The translations under genes were made by a program, and so were the position numbers. Below are positions 37,464-48,755 of a stretch of 64,000 bases of DNA, piece by piece. Under the pieces are notes generated by a model. It did not search any database. It saw only the letters and a list, made by a program, of their open reading frames with translations, and had not been told where the DNA came from. Every line of letters begins with the position of its first letter. Position 1 is the first letter of the stretch. Source of the DNA: Asterias rubens (taxonomy: Eukaryota); NCBI RefSeq assembly GCF_902459465.1, contig NC_047077.1, forward strand, positions 11,966,001 through 12,030,000. Reading direction: 5' to 3'.

Positions 37464-37799
37464 TCAATTAACTTGAATCTGTATATCTTGTCCTAACCAG
37501 TTCCATGTAAGATCTGCCATCAATTCACTCGATTCTAAACAGAAGGCGTGTGCGATTCCGCGCTTGCACAGTCGAATGTCGCCCTCTGGAAACAGTTTCT
37601 TAATGTCATAGTAGTAGTCCACGGGGCACCAGCCATCCTTGGCGCCATAGTAGAACAGCAGCTTTGGTAAGTGTTGAGCGATGGCATCTAGGTCTGGTTC
37701 CACGACTTCTCGCATTTCATGAGCTGCCATGAAGATGATATTGTTTGTACAACTTGGGTTGAAGAGATTCAGGGCAGCATGAAAGGTGCACGGTGGAAC
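37464..37799 (-). CDS. LDAH: Lipid droplet-associated hydrolase, last coding exon
   Basis: ccacacag|VPPCTFHAALNLFNP...KLLFYYGAKDGWCPVDYY.DIKKLFPEGDIRLC...HAF, resembling human KLTFYYGTIDPWCPKEYYEDIKKDFPEGDIRLC. Confidence 0.93.
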   Translation of the reverse strand, partial: VPPCTFHAALNLFNPSCTNNIIFMAAHEMREVVEPDLDAIAQHLPKLLFYYGAKDGWCPVDYYYDIKKLFPEGDIRLCKRGIAHAFCLESSELMADLTWNWLGQDIQIQVN

Positions 37800-38231
37800 C
37801 TGTGTGGATCAGACATGACGGGAGATAAATTCATCAACAATCAATAAGCCATATGCGTGTTAGATTTTAATATTGTCTGGTACATAGACGTGCTTGATCA
37901 CAAGTTGCCACTTAATTTTGAAATAACTCGGACTATCGAGACAGTTGCTATGTCACATGATTTGGAGTACTACAGAGTATTGACCCTATACAGGCACGTC
38001 ACTAGGGCGACTGTGCCACGCTCACCATTTTGGTGTAAATGCTGCGTCGCCTAACAGGCGCACTTCACTGAATAACACACAGTTACTTTGCCCACCAGTA
38101 TGGCAGTTCCCAAGATTTTCTGATGATGACGTCAGGTGAATTGGGTCAATACAATGCTTTACACTAATCAGTGTAAGGGTAAAACCAAAATAACCAATGA
38201 GCATGTAATAAATAAAAATGTGGAACCATAC

Positions 38232-38461
38232 CTTTCTTCCTCGAAAAAACCAATTGATAGCTCTCCACTTGACCCAGTCGGAGAGATAGGAGCTGAGAAA
38301 GACACCGAAGACAGCCAACCAACGAAAGTAGCAGAGCAATGGGGCTAGGAACGTGCCGTTGGGTGAATCCCACATTCTCTCGATGGTGGGGAAGAGCAGC
38401 ACAGCCTTCAGGATGGGGAGGGACGGGTTGCTCTTCATGACTTGTAGAATAATATGGCAAC
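38232..38461 (-). CDS. LDAH: LDAH coding exon 4
   Basis: Long pyrimidine tract then ctcaag|; ...LLFPTIERMWDSPNG...PLLCYFRW...; donor AAG|GTATGG; phase 1-0. Confidence 0.92.
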
Positions 38462-39050
38462 CTTGAGGAGACGGGGAGAGGGTGATAGAGAAAGGGAAGT
38501 CACTTTTACGACAAATGGGTACTTTATAACCCTCTTCTATCTATCTATCTATCTATCTTCCAATTAGTACACCCCTCCGGAGGACTACTCAGGAGTATAG
38601 TCCTACTTTGGTGCAAAAGTGCTTGGTCACGGGAATAATATAAAATATAGAATTTGAGGCATTGCTTGGTGAGGTATCAATATATATGTGGTTTGCGGTA
38701 ACACCATGTGTGTATCTACTTGCGGAGTAGATTGTTCGGGTGTTCGGGAGACTTCTCAGTTCTGAAAAGAACTGTCCTGCTTTTTAACTATTACCCGAGC
38801 GGATGGTATAGAAAATAGGCTGGGACTACTACTTTAGCTAAACGTTTCGACTAGCTTGCTCTAAATCGTCAAATACCAACAAAATGTGCAACAGACTGAG
38901 GTCAAGGTGCAAGTAAAAAGATGTCTGTATCAGAGGGTGAGTGGATTCAGATTCAGATCATTGCAGCTCTTGCCTTCTCAGTTTGTCATCAAGTTATTGT
39001 TTTGGGGGTTTCTTGTAATTAGTTGATTGCTAATCATGATAGGATCTCAC

Positions 39051-39149
39051 CTATGGAGTGGCCGATCAGAACTAATCTCTTGCCTGGAGGAACGAAATCT
39101 CGTATAAATGCTGCCTTGTGGTCTATCTGGTCCACCAAACTGTAGGGAC
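39051..39149 (-). CDS. LDAH: LDAH coding exon 3 with nucleophile motif GHSIG
   Basis: ctccactag|PYSLVDQIDHKAAFIRDFVPPGKRLVLIGHSI G|gtgaga; 99 nt, phase 1-1. Confidence 0.92.
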
Positions 39150-39689
39150 CTAGTGGAGAAAAACGGAGGGAAATTAACTTGAGTAATAAACTCAGAACAC
39201 TAATTTCGAAGCAATTCTGAACAAGTTCCTTTATAATAACAATAAGTTTTTTAAAAGGGCTTTATCACAGCCCGCCGGCGTATCAAAGCGCTTCTGACAT
39301 TATTACTCCTCGGCCATAATTATTTTTCATTCATTTACAGGGTCTACATGTATGTAACTTTTGTAGGACAACAAAACACAGATTTACACTAAACTTGCAC
39401 AGTTTGAAGATAATGATAGTAGAAAGCTTCCCTGAAAATATTATGTGCTGAGGTGCTGTAGTTTTGGGGAAATGAGTAGAACAATGTCATGAAAATAATT
39501 TTCATCTCATGAGACGAAAATTAGTTTAATCATTTACTAACTTATTTTCATGACATTTTTTTACTCATTTTTAAAAAACTACAGCACCTCAGTAAGTAAT
39601 ATTTGAAGGGAAGCTATCCTCCATCATTATCTTCAAACCCTGTAAGTTTAATTTAAATCTATAATGGACATTTTGAAAAGGTACCCAAA

Positions 39690-39935
39690 TCCTTTAAACC
39701 AATTCAGCTTCCTGGGGAGTATACAGCAAGTGCTGCGAGTTACCGCGCTCCAAGCTAATCATTCACATAAACAATCTCTGCCTTCACAGGTACCCCTGAG
39801 TGGAGAGAAGCTATGGTTTAAGTGTCTTGCTCAAGGACACAAGTGTCACGATTGGGATTCGAACCCACATCCCGATGATTTGACCACCAGACCTTGAGTC
39901 CGATGTTCTTATCAGTTCAGCCACGACACCCCACA
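39690..39935 (-). mobile_element. SINE with tRNA head and (TTGTGTCCTTGAGCAAGACACTT) body (other copies about 48060-48185, 48505-48560, 51403-51470, 52660-52860)
   Basis: GGTTCGAATCCC B box followed by the conserved cttgagcaagacactt motif in the longer copies. Confidence 0.7.
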
Positions 39936-40197
39936 ATGTTTATTTTAACTAAATTTGAGTCAGTACAGTCCACCAAACTGTAGGGACCTAATAGAGAAAT
40001 ACAGGGAAATTTTATCGAGTCATAAACTCAGAACACCATTTTCAAAACAATTCTGAACAAATTTTGTTTGGTTGATACTGGCCGCTGTTAATGGACCCTG
40101 CCTCCGGCTCTTAACAGTGCCCAGCCACCAACCTGGTCATTACCACGCAGTGTAGACCGGGTTCTCACACTGTTATTCCCTAATTAATTATCCGTAC

Positions 40198-40335
40198 CTT
40201 GTGCATTATCATCAAGCTTCTGAGTTAAGGAAGTGTGGCCAGCATGGGATATGCCCCATACTGGAACCTTACATCCACTTGCCTTGAATAACGTCAGCAT
40301 AAATACCTCATAGAAATCCACTATACCAGGATTGC
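40198..40335 (-). CDS. LDAH: LDAH coding exon 2
   Basis: gttttcag|(G)NPGIVDFYEVF...VWGISHAGH...|gtacgg; 138 nt, phase 1-1. Confidence 0.92.
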
Positions 40336-40883
40336 CTGAAAACAATAGAAATAGAATCTTTTTAGTTTTCGGTGAACAAAATGTTTTTTTTTAACATGCC
40401 AGTGCTCTATCACTTGAGCTATCTTTTTTACAGTTGATGTCATGCAAACATTTGTAATTGGTTTTTCACTATTTTCCCGTGACCCAGTTCGCCGATCGAT
40501 CTCAAACTTCTACAGGTTTGTCAGTTTATGTATGGCGAATTACATTAAAGTGCTAACACTGCCAGCAACTGTTTTGTAAGCAAAACACATTTCTGTAATG
40601 TTCCTTTAGAAGCAGAGGACACTATTGATAATTAGTTTTCGAGAAAGAAGTAGTTTTCCACTAATTTGATTTTAAGACCTCAGATTTAGAATTTGAGGTC
40701 TCAAATCAAGCATCTGAAAGCACACAACCTCGTGTGACAAGTTTTTTTTATTTATTAGGCATATTACTTCGCAACTTTGATGACCGATTGAGCTCAAATT
40801 TTCACAGGTTTGTTATTTTTACAGCAAGTGAGAAGACTAGTCTTTGAATATTACCAATAGTGTCCAGTGTCTTTAACACATAC

Positions 40884-41040
40884 CTGGGATAACTAGAAAC
40901 AGAACATCTGACTCATCCGCAACTTCCTTTGTCTCTGCTGAATTTGGCTCAACCTTCATCAGATGAGTAGGAACGCCGTTAACACGCACACACTGGGTCT
41001 TGCAGGTGCCTTCTTCTGGGGCGAGGGATTCAACATTCAT
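40884..41040 (-). CDS. LDAH: LDAH coding exon 1
   Basis: gtcaccATG; MNVESLAPEEGTCKTQCVRVNGVPTHLMKVE...VLFLVIP G|gtatgt; 157 nt. Confidence 0.88.
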
Positions 41041-41734
41041 GGTGACTTTAATTGTGCAGATTGATGCGAACGCTTAAACTGCTTTCTTTATTATAAAAAA
41101 AACAAAAAACCAAAACAAACATAAATTATAAGGATCTCAAAAAAGCCCTTTTCAATAAAAATTGCAGGTGCCTTGCAGCCTTCTTCTGCGGCGAGGGGTT
41201 TAATATTCATGGTGACTTTAATGCAGATAGATGCAGAAGCTTAAACTGCTTTCTTAAATAAAACAAAAACAAACAAACATCTAGGCTTAAACCCAGAATT
41301 GTTTTTGAAACTAACCCAAACTTCTACGATTCCATGAAAGTCATGGTCCACGATTTAACACATTTGCACACATGTCCTTCATTGATCTGAGACACAGATT
41401 ATGAGGAGTCACATGTCACCGAGCATACACACATTCAAAGGCCAGTTAACTTATTGCATGGCCCAATAAATGAACAGTTTGAAAGAAGCTTGCACTTCAG
41501 CAATAACGGCCCCATAATTAAACAGTGAGTTATTTTGTTGCTCCGCGCTTAGGTGAATTCGAAAAAAAAAATGATTTATTGCCCGGGACCACTAAAAATG
41601 ATCTGGCTGCAACCCTGGTCACGTATATCAATGTGTGATATGACCTCCATTAAAAAACCTATACAATATTGACATACCTCCAAACCATCCAGATAAGCCT
41701 ACAGGTACAACCATGTAGGACCCAAGTACGATCA

Positions 41735-42045
41735 AGGCCTTTTCACACTATACCTCCATTTTGAACAGCGTTGAAACCTACCCCCGGGGGTCCTCTCCGG
41801 TTCAGCCTCCCTTCGTTTTGACACGGATCAGAGATAAGCAACATTCACACTGGTCTTTACGTGAACCGTATACGGTTTGAACCACGCCGAAAATGCAATT
41901 TCAAGGGTTGATTTCAGTCCGGCGAGCAAGAGTTTGCTACCCAGATAGGAGACGGATTGAAATTTTTAGTGTGAAACGGGTTGAACAAAATCTCTAGTTC
42001 GGAACTGGTTCTGACCCTGAGGTTTTGGACAGTGTTAAAGGCCCT
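41735..42045. mobile_element. Harbinger-like MITE, TIR AGGCC.TTT.CACACT
   Basis: aaggccttttcacact...agtgttaaaggccct. Confidence 0.55.
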
Positions 42046-42574
42046 AGACACCTCTGGAGGGGGACGTACTCATTGGTGAGATGATGGAGGTAGCAATAGT
42101 AGAAAAGGATTATATAGAAGATAGATAGAAGAATTCTATACTATGTAGACAATAGAATGGTTTAATTTAAAAAACACTAGCACAAACAGTGATGTAAAAA
42201 ATGACCATAAAAGGTTTATCGCGAATAGCCAAATATCAAGAGAGGGCGCAGTTGAACCCTTACAGCGATATTATGCATGTGCAAGTCATGCATGCCAATA
42301 TACACCACGGTCGTCGGGTGCCCCTACTGCCTACCCACTACGCATTGCGGTTCTGAGGAAGGAAAGACCAAGTCGGTAAATTCACTGGGGCTCTGAACTA
42401 ATTTTTTGGGGACATTGCATACTATTTTCGTACCAAGCGAGAGCAAGCTTAAGAATAACCAATCCAATATTAAACTATTTAAACATGATACCTAGCTAGA
42501 AATGGTCTTATGATGATGATAGAAATGAATAGAGACTATTGAAAGGACAACATGAGCAAGAACTAGACCATAAC

Positions 42575-42920
42575 TAGACCCAGACGTAACTGGGGCGCTG
42601 TACTCCTTTTTTTCGAATTTTGACATTCAGGAGTACAGCGTCCTAGTTACTGGGTCTAGACTACAACAAAAGATAACAAAAGATACAAAAGATTGTTCAT
42701 AATTTGACTCTTTGTTGTTAGACACTTAGTTTTTTGTTGCAAGAGCATTGGATTTGAGCAGAGAGGTAGAAATATTTCTACCTCACTTCTACCTCTAGAC
42801 ACAGTGACTGGGGCGCTAGATTCATTTTTTCGAAATTTTGACATTATCGGTCATCTAGTTAATGTCAAAATTTCGAAAAAGGAATCAAGCGACCCAGTCA
42901 CACAGTCACTGGGTCTATTC
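42575..42920. mobile_element. Two related small hairpin MITEs (CTAGACCCAG TIR)
   Basis: ctagacccag..taactggggcgctgtactcct / aggagtacagcgtcctagttactgggtctag, and a second palindrome at about 42795-42920. Confidence 0.65.
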
Positions 42921-43321
42921 TATCTCCATGATTTGAGTGAGACATTAATACTTATAATAACATTAACAATGACATGACATAACAATGAGATACACTTACA
43001 CAGAATATACAGTGCGGTAGTTAAACATTGGGTGGGTAAAATCATAAAGAAAGGACAACAAAACCACAGCTCGCATGTTCCAAGAAAGATTGAAATGTGT
43101 GTGTAAACACTGATTACATAATACTTTGTACTACTAATGTAATATATCAGCCCTTCTAAACTCTGTCTGTCCATGGTTAGCCCACCTTGTTGAGACCGAT
43201 GTTAAAAGCGGAGCCATTAACAGCTCAACAAGGTGGGCCAGTCTCTGGTCTGTCCATGTCTGTCCCTTTCTAATCATGCAGAACACTCCATGATACACAG
43301 CTAGCTGTGTGGTTTGCTTAC

Positions 43322-43400
43322 CTTCCAACTCAAGCCAAGGTTGCTGCCTGGCCTCCATCTTCACAACAACACATCCAGGAATCCAGGTTAGTCATTTTAA
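43322..43400 (-). other. LDAH: Candidate LDAH leader (first) exon
   Basis: Strong donor GAAG|GTAAGC at 43321; lies back-to-back with the UQCC1 leader. 5' end not defined. Confidence 0.45.
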
Positions 43401-43560
43401 TGATTACACCTGGGGATCACACGTTATTACGTAATCAGTCTGAGTAGTCACGTTGCAATAAAGCGTGTTTCATGTGTTCACACAATGGTCCAAGGCCGCA
43501 AGGCCGACATTTTTAGTCAGGCACCGCTCTACAATGCGCGCTATGTTCGTATGATTATAT
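43400..43560. promoter_or_regulatory. Putative bidirectional promoter shared by LDAH and UQCC1
   Basis: CpG-richer gap of under about 250 bp between divergent candidate leader exons (donors at 43321 minus and 43594 plus). Confidence 0.55.
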
Positions 43561-43759
43561 ACGCGTGAACACCAGGTTCCGTACGGTGATTAGGTAATTT
43601 TTATCTGGGACAGATTTTTGTTCAGCTGCAGAGAGTCGCGCCGAAGCTAGCCTTGGGTTGTCTGGTTGTTGTTGAAGTCTTATTTTGTTGGCTTTTCAGT
43701 TGGGTTCGAAGGTGGAGAAGTTACAAATAATGTACTCTGTTTGTTACAGGTCTGCACCG

Positions 43760-43807
43760 ATGGCTTTCAACGTAGGTTCTGTGCAAATTGTGTCTCGTGG
43801 GATACAG
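43760..43807 (+). CDS. UQCC1: UQCC1 first coding exon (start of mitochondrial presequence)
   Basis: tttgttacag| at 43749, ccgATGG; MAFNVGSVQIVSRGIQ|gtaaac, phase 0. Candidate upstream UTR-exon donor TAG|GTAATT at 43594. Confidence 0.7.
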
Positions 43808-45039
43808 GTAAACAAATTGAAATATTCGTACAACAAAATAAAACAATTCAACATTTACATTCTAAATCAGTTGCATGATTTTTGATAATATTATCCGTGT
43901 TCATTGCTTTTGAATCGCTGTTGTTGTTTTTAGGTAGTATATTAATATTTTCTTCCTCCATGGTTTAGAATTAGATGATTCGTATTATCATCCACCAGCT
44001 TCGTTTCCCAAGTCTTTTCGTCAGTTCACAACATGTAATTTCATTTTCCGATCCTTATTTCTTTTTGTAGTTATAAATTAAAAGAGTTGTTCTAAAAGTT
44101 AAAACTCCCTTGACCCATGACGGTCCGCCCTGTAGGCCCTACTTGAAGCGTGTCCCAATTCCGAATCCATAAATATCACTTAACGTCCGAGTAAGAATTA
44201 AGTCCACACTTTAGAATTCACAGTGTGTGATCCATCCAACAAAGAACAGGCGACGCAACTTTTCCACGTCTGAGACTGCGGTTATTTATCTGCATCAGCC
44301 ATGCAGAATTTCCCTGTCACGTACACATCAGTGGGGAGGCCCTGTCCGTGGTGGGGTGGCGGGTGTAGGAGACTGACAACAACCCCAAAACATGTATGGC
44401 ATTTGGTTGGTTGGGTCTACAATCTCGAACTCCGCATAGAGCTACTGTAATATACAGGAAGACGGGGGAGCGTTCAGCCGGAAATGGTTCTGCCTGATCA
44501 TCACATAATGAGTTGTCCGTAATCGTACTCGGGCGGTAAATGCAGGTTCCCAGTTGGGATAATAATCTGAGACAGCCTCAGGTCGGTAGCCAAGAGATAC
44601 GCGTACAAATGCCGTTTTTTTTCTTTACACCAAAATTGCCATAAGGTCCAATCTCAGCCAATCAAGTGCAGTTTGCTTTCAAGTGCATACCACGTGGGAA
44701 TGGTCTGTCTTGTTGGCTGTGTTGTGATGTGACTGGAGGCATGGAAGTCGAGGTCAGCATACAAAATTGTGTGAGTGATTGGCTGAGATTGTGAACTGTG
44801 GCAATTTCAGTTTGCAGAAAAAAACATCGCGCAAAAGTCGAGGTGGCCGTGGGATGGGGGTGCAACCCCAACAACCCACGGCCACCCCGACTTTTGCGTG
44901 ATGTTTTTTGTAGTGCTGGGCGAATAGTGAAATTTGGTACTCGGTTAATTGCTGGCCAACTATCCAAAGTTAACTGGATATTTAAATATTTTTTTTACAA
45001 GTACTAAAGGTGCTTAATAGTGGAGGGCGCTGTCTTTTT

Positions 45040-45197
45040 TACAATTTGTTTTAATAAGTATGCAATGATAGGTGTATAATCAAAGTTTTAACTCCCTTCC
45101 CCCAAAACGGGATCTCTGCAAAACTCACACAAGCTGGCAACAAGTTTCTTTCATAAGAGCACTAGTTTTCAGTTCTTTTATCTAACTCACTTCCAGC
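45040..45197 (+). repeat. Dispersed repeat of about 155 bp, near-identical copy at about 63140-63297
   Basis: aagtatgcaatgataggtgtataatcaaag...aactcacttcca at both sites. Confidence 0.85.
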
Positions 45198-45545
45198 TTT
45201 CGAAAAAATTTGGCAGCTTTTCATCTTGTTGTGTTTTCATCAGGTTCCTGAATCAATCCGATTTCCCCCCCCCCCCGAAAAAAAGGATTTGGTTAGCTCC
45301 CACAAGGCCACAAGGGTGTTTGGGAGGTTGGAGTTTTTAGAAGTGTAGACGTAAAACTAGCAACAAAACAACCGATTTCTTTTGTACAAAGGTTAAAACA
45401 TTTGGCCTAAAATCTGGCGTTATCAGGTTTTAAAAAAGATTAATGGTCTACAGACTGAAGTCACTGAACATTGAAATTACATCATTTTTTTTTTTCAGTA
45501 CTAAACTACTTTATTTGTAACTTTTTGTATTGATCGTTAATATAG

Positions 45546-45734
45546 ACATGTTGCCGCAGTCTCTCAGTATGTTTCACAACGTCGGCAATCCAGAGCAGAA
45601 AGACGTCCTCATCGCCAGCTCCTCATGCTGACTTGACATACTCAAGATGGTCTCATATGCGGAAGGTTGCAAGCCCCCAGCATGCCACCCAGCGTGCCAC
45701 CCAGCGTCACATCAACACAACACCTCAGTCACAG
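45546..45734 (+). CDS. UQCC1: UQCC1 exon encoding a Ser/Thr/Arg-rich transit-peptide-like segment
   Basis: tatag|TCCRSLSVCFTTSAIQSRK...TPQSQ|gtaatt; 189 nt open, phase 0-0, almost no acidic residues. Confidence 0.72.
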
Positions 45735-47118
45735 GTAATTTTGTTTTTAAAGATTTGTACCCGTTTAAAGGCCCTAGACACTTATTTGTACTCAAATTAA
45801 CTAGCACAATAAATTTACTTGATAAAACAAGGTAACTTAGTACCTTCAGCCGATTTCACAAAATGCTAGAATTAATGCTATCTTTAATATAAAGGAAAAG
45901 TAACTAGTCCTAATTGAGGATTAATCTTAAGGTTTACATGTCACAATGCAAGGCTGGAACTCGTCCTACATGTAAGTCCTAAGATGAATCCTAAGTCAGG
46001 AAGAGTTTAAAATTGGTGAAATCAACAGCTGGCCTCATAGTGTTAGCCAGTCTATGTGTCTTATGGACACCCTGTTTCTCTGTCTTTACATTATACACGC
46101 CTGGTATTTACTCAAATCAAATATTAACTTAAAAGCTGACTTTATAACGAACATTGGAGAGCTGTTGATAGTATAAAACGTTGTGTGAAACGGCTCTCTT
46201 TGAAGTAACATTGTTTTTGAGAAAGAGGTAATTGCGCACTAAGATAATAAAAGACTTCTAGCTAGAAGTCTTTAATTCTTATCTGAAACATGTGAAAGCT
46301 CACAAATTCGTCCAATAAGGGTGTTTTTTCTTATATCATTTTCTCACAACTTTGATGACCAATTGAGGATTGTTATTTTATGGTTATGATGGGATAACCA
46401 AGTGAAAAGACTGATCTTTGACAATTACCAAATGTGTACCTTCCCTTTTATCCCTTGTAATTGAACAACTTAGGCACTCAGTTTCAGGTTTCCAGAAAAT
46501 GTTCACACCCCTTTACCAAATCCTGGTTAAAAGCTTGCCTGGCCTGTGTATTATATTTGTGATTGATTTAGCTTAGTATAGCGCATGTGTGCTGCAAAGG
46601 TGTTAACATTATTTGTATACTCCCCAGGGAGCTGAGATGGTTTAAAGCCATTATATTATACACTTTCGGAACAGAAAAAAAAAAAAAAATCACAGATTTA
46701 CAAATAACCTACAGGGTTACAGAAGGTAATGGTGAAAGACTTCTCTTCAAATATTATTTAATGAAATGCTTTACTTGTTGAGAAACATTAAAACAATTAT
46801 CAACTCTCGATAATGACAATTACGGATTTATTTAAAACACATGTCACCTACATGGCGAAACATGTGGAAACAAGTGTGGGTTTTTCTCATTATTCCTGAC
46901 TATGATGACCGATTGAGCCTAAATTTTCACAGGTTTGTTATTTTATATATTAGTTGTGATACACAAAGTGTGGGCCTTTGGACAATACTGTTTACCGAAA
47001 GTGTCCAACGGCTTGGAGGAATGCATTTAATGACCCAGTACGGAGGGGTAAATAATCTTGGAATGGCTTTAAAACTTCTTTTGGGTTCATGCAGCGAATT
47101 GACTTTTTTTTCAATCAG

Positions 47119-47223
47119 GCATTGGTGCGAAGGAGTGCAGTGCTACCTGAGACAAAACCTGGTCCAATCTCACGGCTACTCACCCAAGTGGGAATCCCAA
47201 CACAGATGCGTTACAACAGATTT
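47119..47223 (+). CDS. UQCC1: UQCC1 exon
   Basis: ttttcaatcag|ALVRRSAVLPETKPGPISRLLTQVGIPTQMRYNRF|gtaagt; 105 nt. Confidence 0.82.
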
Positions 47224-47704
47224 GTAAGTTTCTTAATTCTTTGAGTACCTTTTGGGTACCCGTGATCGTGGAAAACGTATGGAATTTTGGGAATCTACCC
47301 TTCGAAAGGGAAAATAGGAATTTCAGTTTGAAGTAAAACACAGTGTATATTTAGTGACAAATTAGGAAGGTTTTTTCATGTTATGAAAAGCACTGAACAC
47401 TTTGTAATTACTCAAAATAATTGTTCGCATAAAAAACTCTCTTGGTAACAAGCAAGGGAGATTATAAACAGCCCTACATTGCTCACTACCAAGTAAGTAT
47501 TTATGCTATCTATTATTTTGAGTAATTACAAATAGTGTCCAGTCCAGTGCCTTAAATCATTCACCCTACCTTGTTTGTTAACCTCTGTGAAAGCACCAAC
47601 TCTCCTTTTTCATTCAAGTTAAAATTTTTATATTTGGATTGCTTAGCCCTTGAAGACCCAAAAGATTAAGATAAAGAATGCTATTATTGTTTTTGTCTTT
47701 TCAG

Positions 47705-47777
47705 AAAATCAGAGTGGCTGGTTTGAACCTCTACACATCGTGTGTCGATAATGTGGATTGTCAAAAGTTTTTTATGG
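47705..47777 (+). CDS. UQCC1: UQCC1 exon
   Basis: KIRVAGLNLYTSCVDNVDCQKFFM resembles human KIKIAALRMYTSCVEKTDFEEFF; donor G|GTGAGT. Confidence 0.9.
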
Positions 47778-48697
47778 GTGAGTCAGCTTAAAAAATGCCT
47801 TCCGGACCGTTAAGTCAACATTGAGGAATGCAGCTGATATTAAGGCCTACATATAAAAAGCATTTTTAGCGTCCCTGTACGCTTCCTTTTTAGAGGCTGC
47901 CTCGAAAAACAAAATGGCCCTCCTTTTTTTTTTTTTTTTAGGCAGAACGCTAAACATGTTTTTATTTTTTATTGGCTTAATTCATGGTGCGTCATGAGGC
48001 CAGTAAACCATGAGGCCAGTGATGTCAGCTTCTGGCCATTATAAACTTATGACAGGATAAGTTTGGCGTGTCGTGTCAGTTGAGAGCACCTGACTCAAGC
48101 TCTGGTGTTTCTGATCAGCAGAGATAGGGTTCGACCCCAATCATGAAACTAGTGACCTTAAGCAAGACACTTTACCATGATGCTAACACACATTGGTGTA
48201 TATGGATAGAAATCGTGATGATGTTAATGCAGGAAGAATATTCCCTGATAGGAATACACATTCTGAGAAGCGTTATTGTGGTTACTAATGCTTCTCAGAT
48301 TTTACTTTTCTCAGATATTTACAACCAAATAGCTTTTAAGTGAAAAGTTTATATAGTACTTTTTAGTATTGAAAGCTGCTCTAGGCTTCTAAGAACCAAT
48401 TCATTTTACGAGTGTTGTTACCAAACGTACACCTTCCCTGTAATGGTCAGACAGAAAAAGTGGCTTACAAGTAAATAGTTGAATACCTTTTAGACTGTAG
48501 TAAGTGTTGTGGCCAAGCGGTTAAGAGCACCAAATTCACACTCTGGTGTTTCTGATTAGCAGATAAAGCAGTTCTAGGCTTCTAACCAATTCATTTTAAG
48601 AGTGTTGTTACCAAACATATACCTTCCTTGTAATGGTCAGACAGAAAAAGTGTTTTACAAGCAAATAGTAAAATATCTTTTATAATTTTCCTTACAG

Positions 48698-48755
48698 CCT
48701 GCGGAATGCCAGATACTCTCTTCTCGTGGTTCCTAGTAACTGAGCTTCATGTGTG
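48698..48755 (+). CDS. UQCC1: UQCC1 exon
   Basis: CGMPDTLFSWFLVTELHV(W) resembles human CQMPDTFNSWFLITLLHVW; phase 1-2. Confidence 0.92.
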
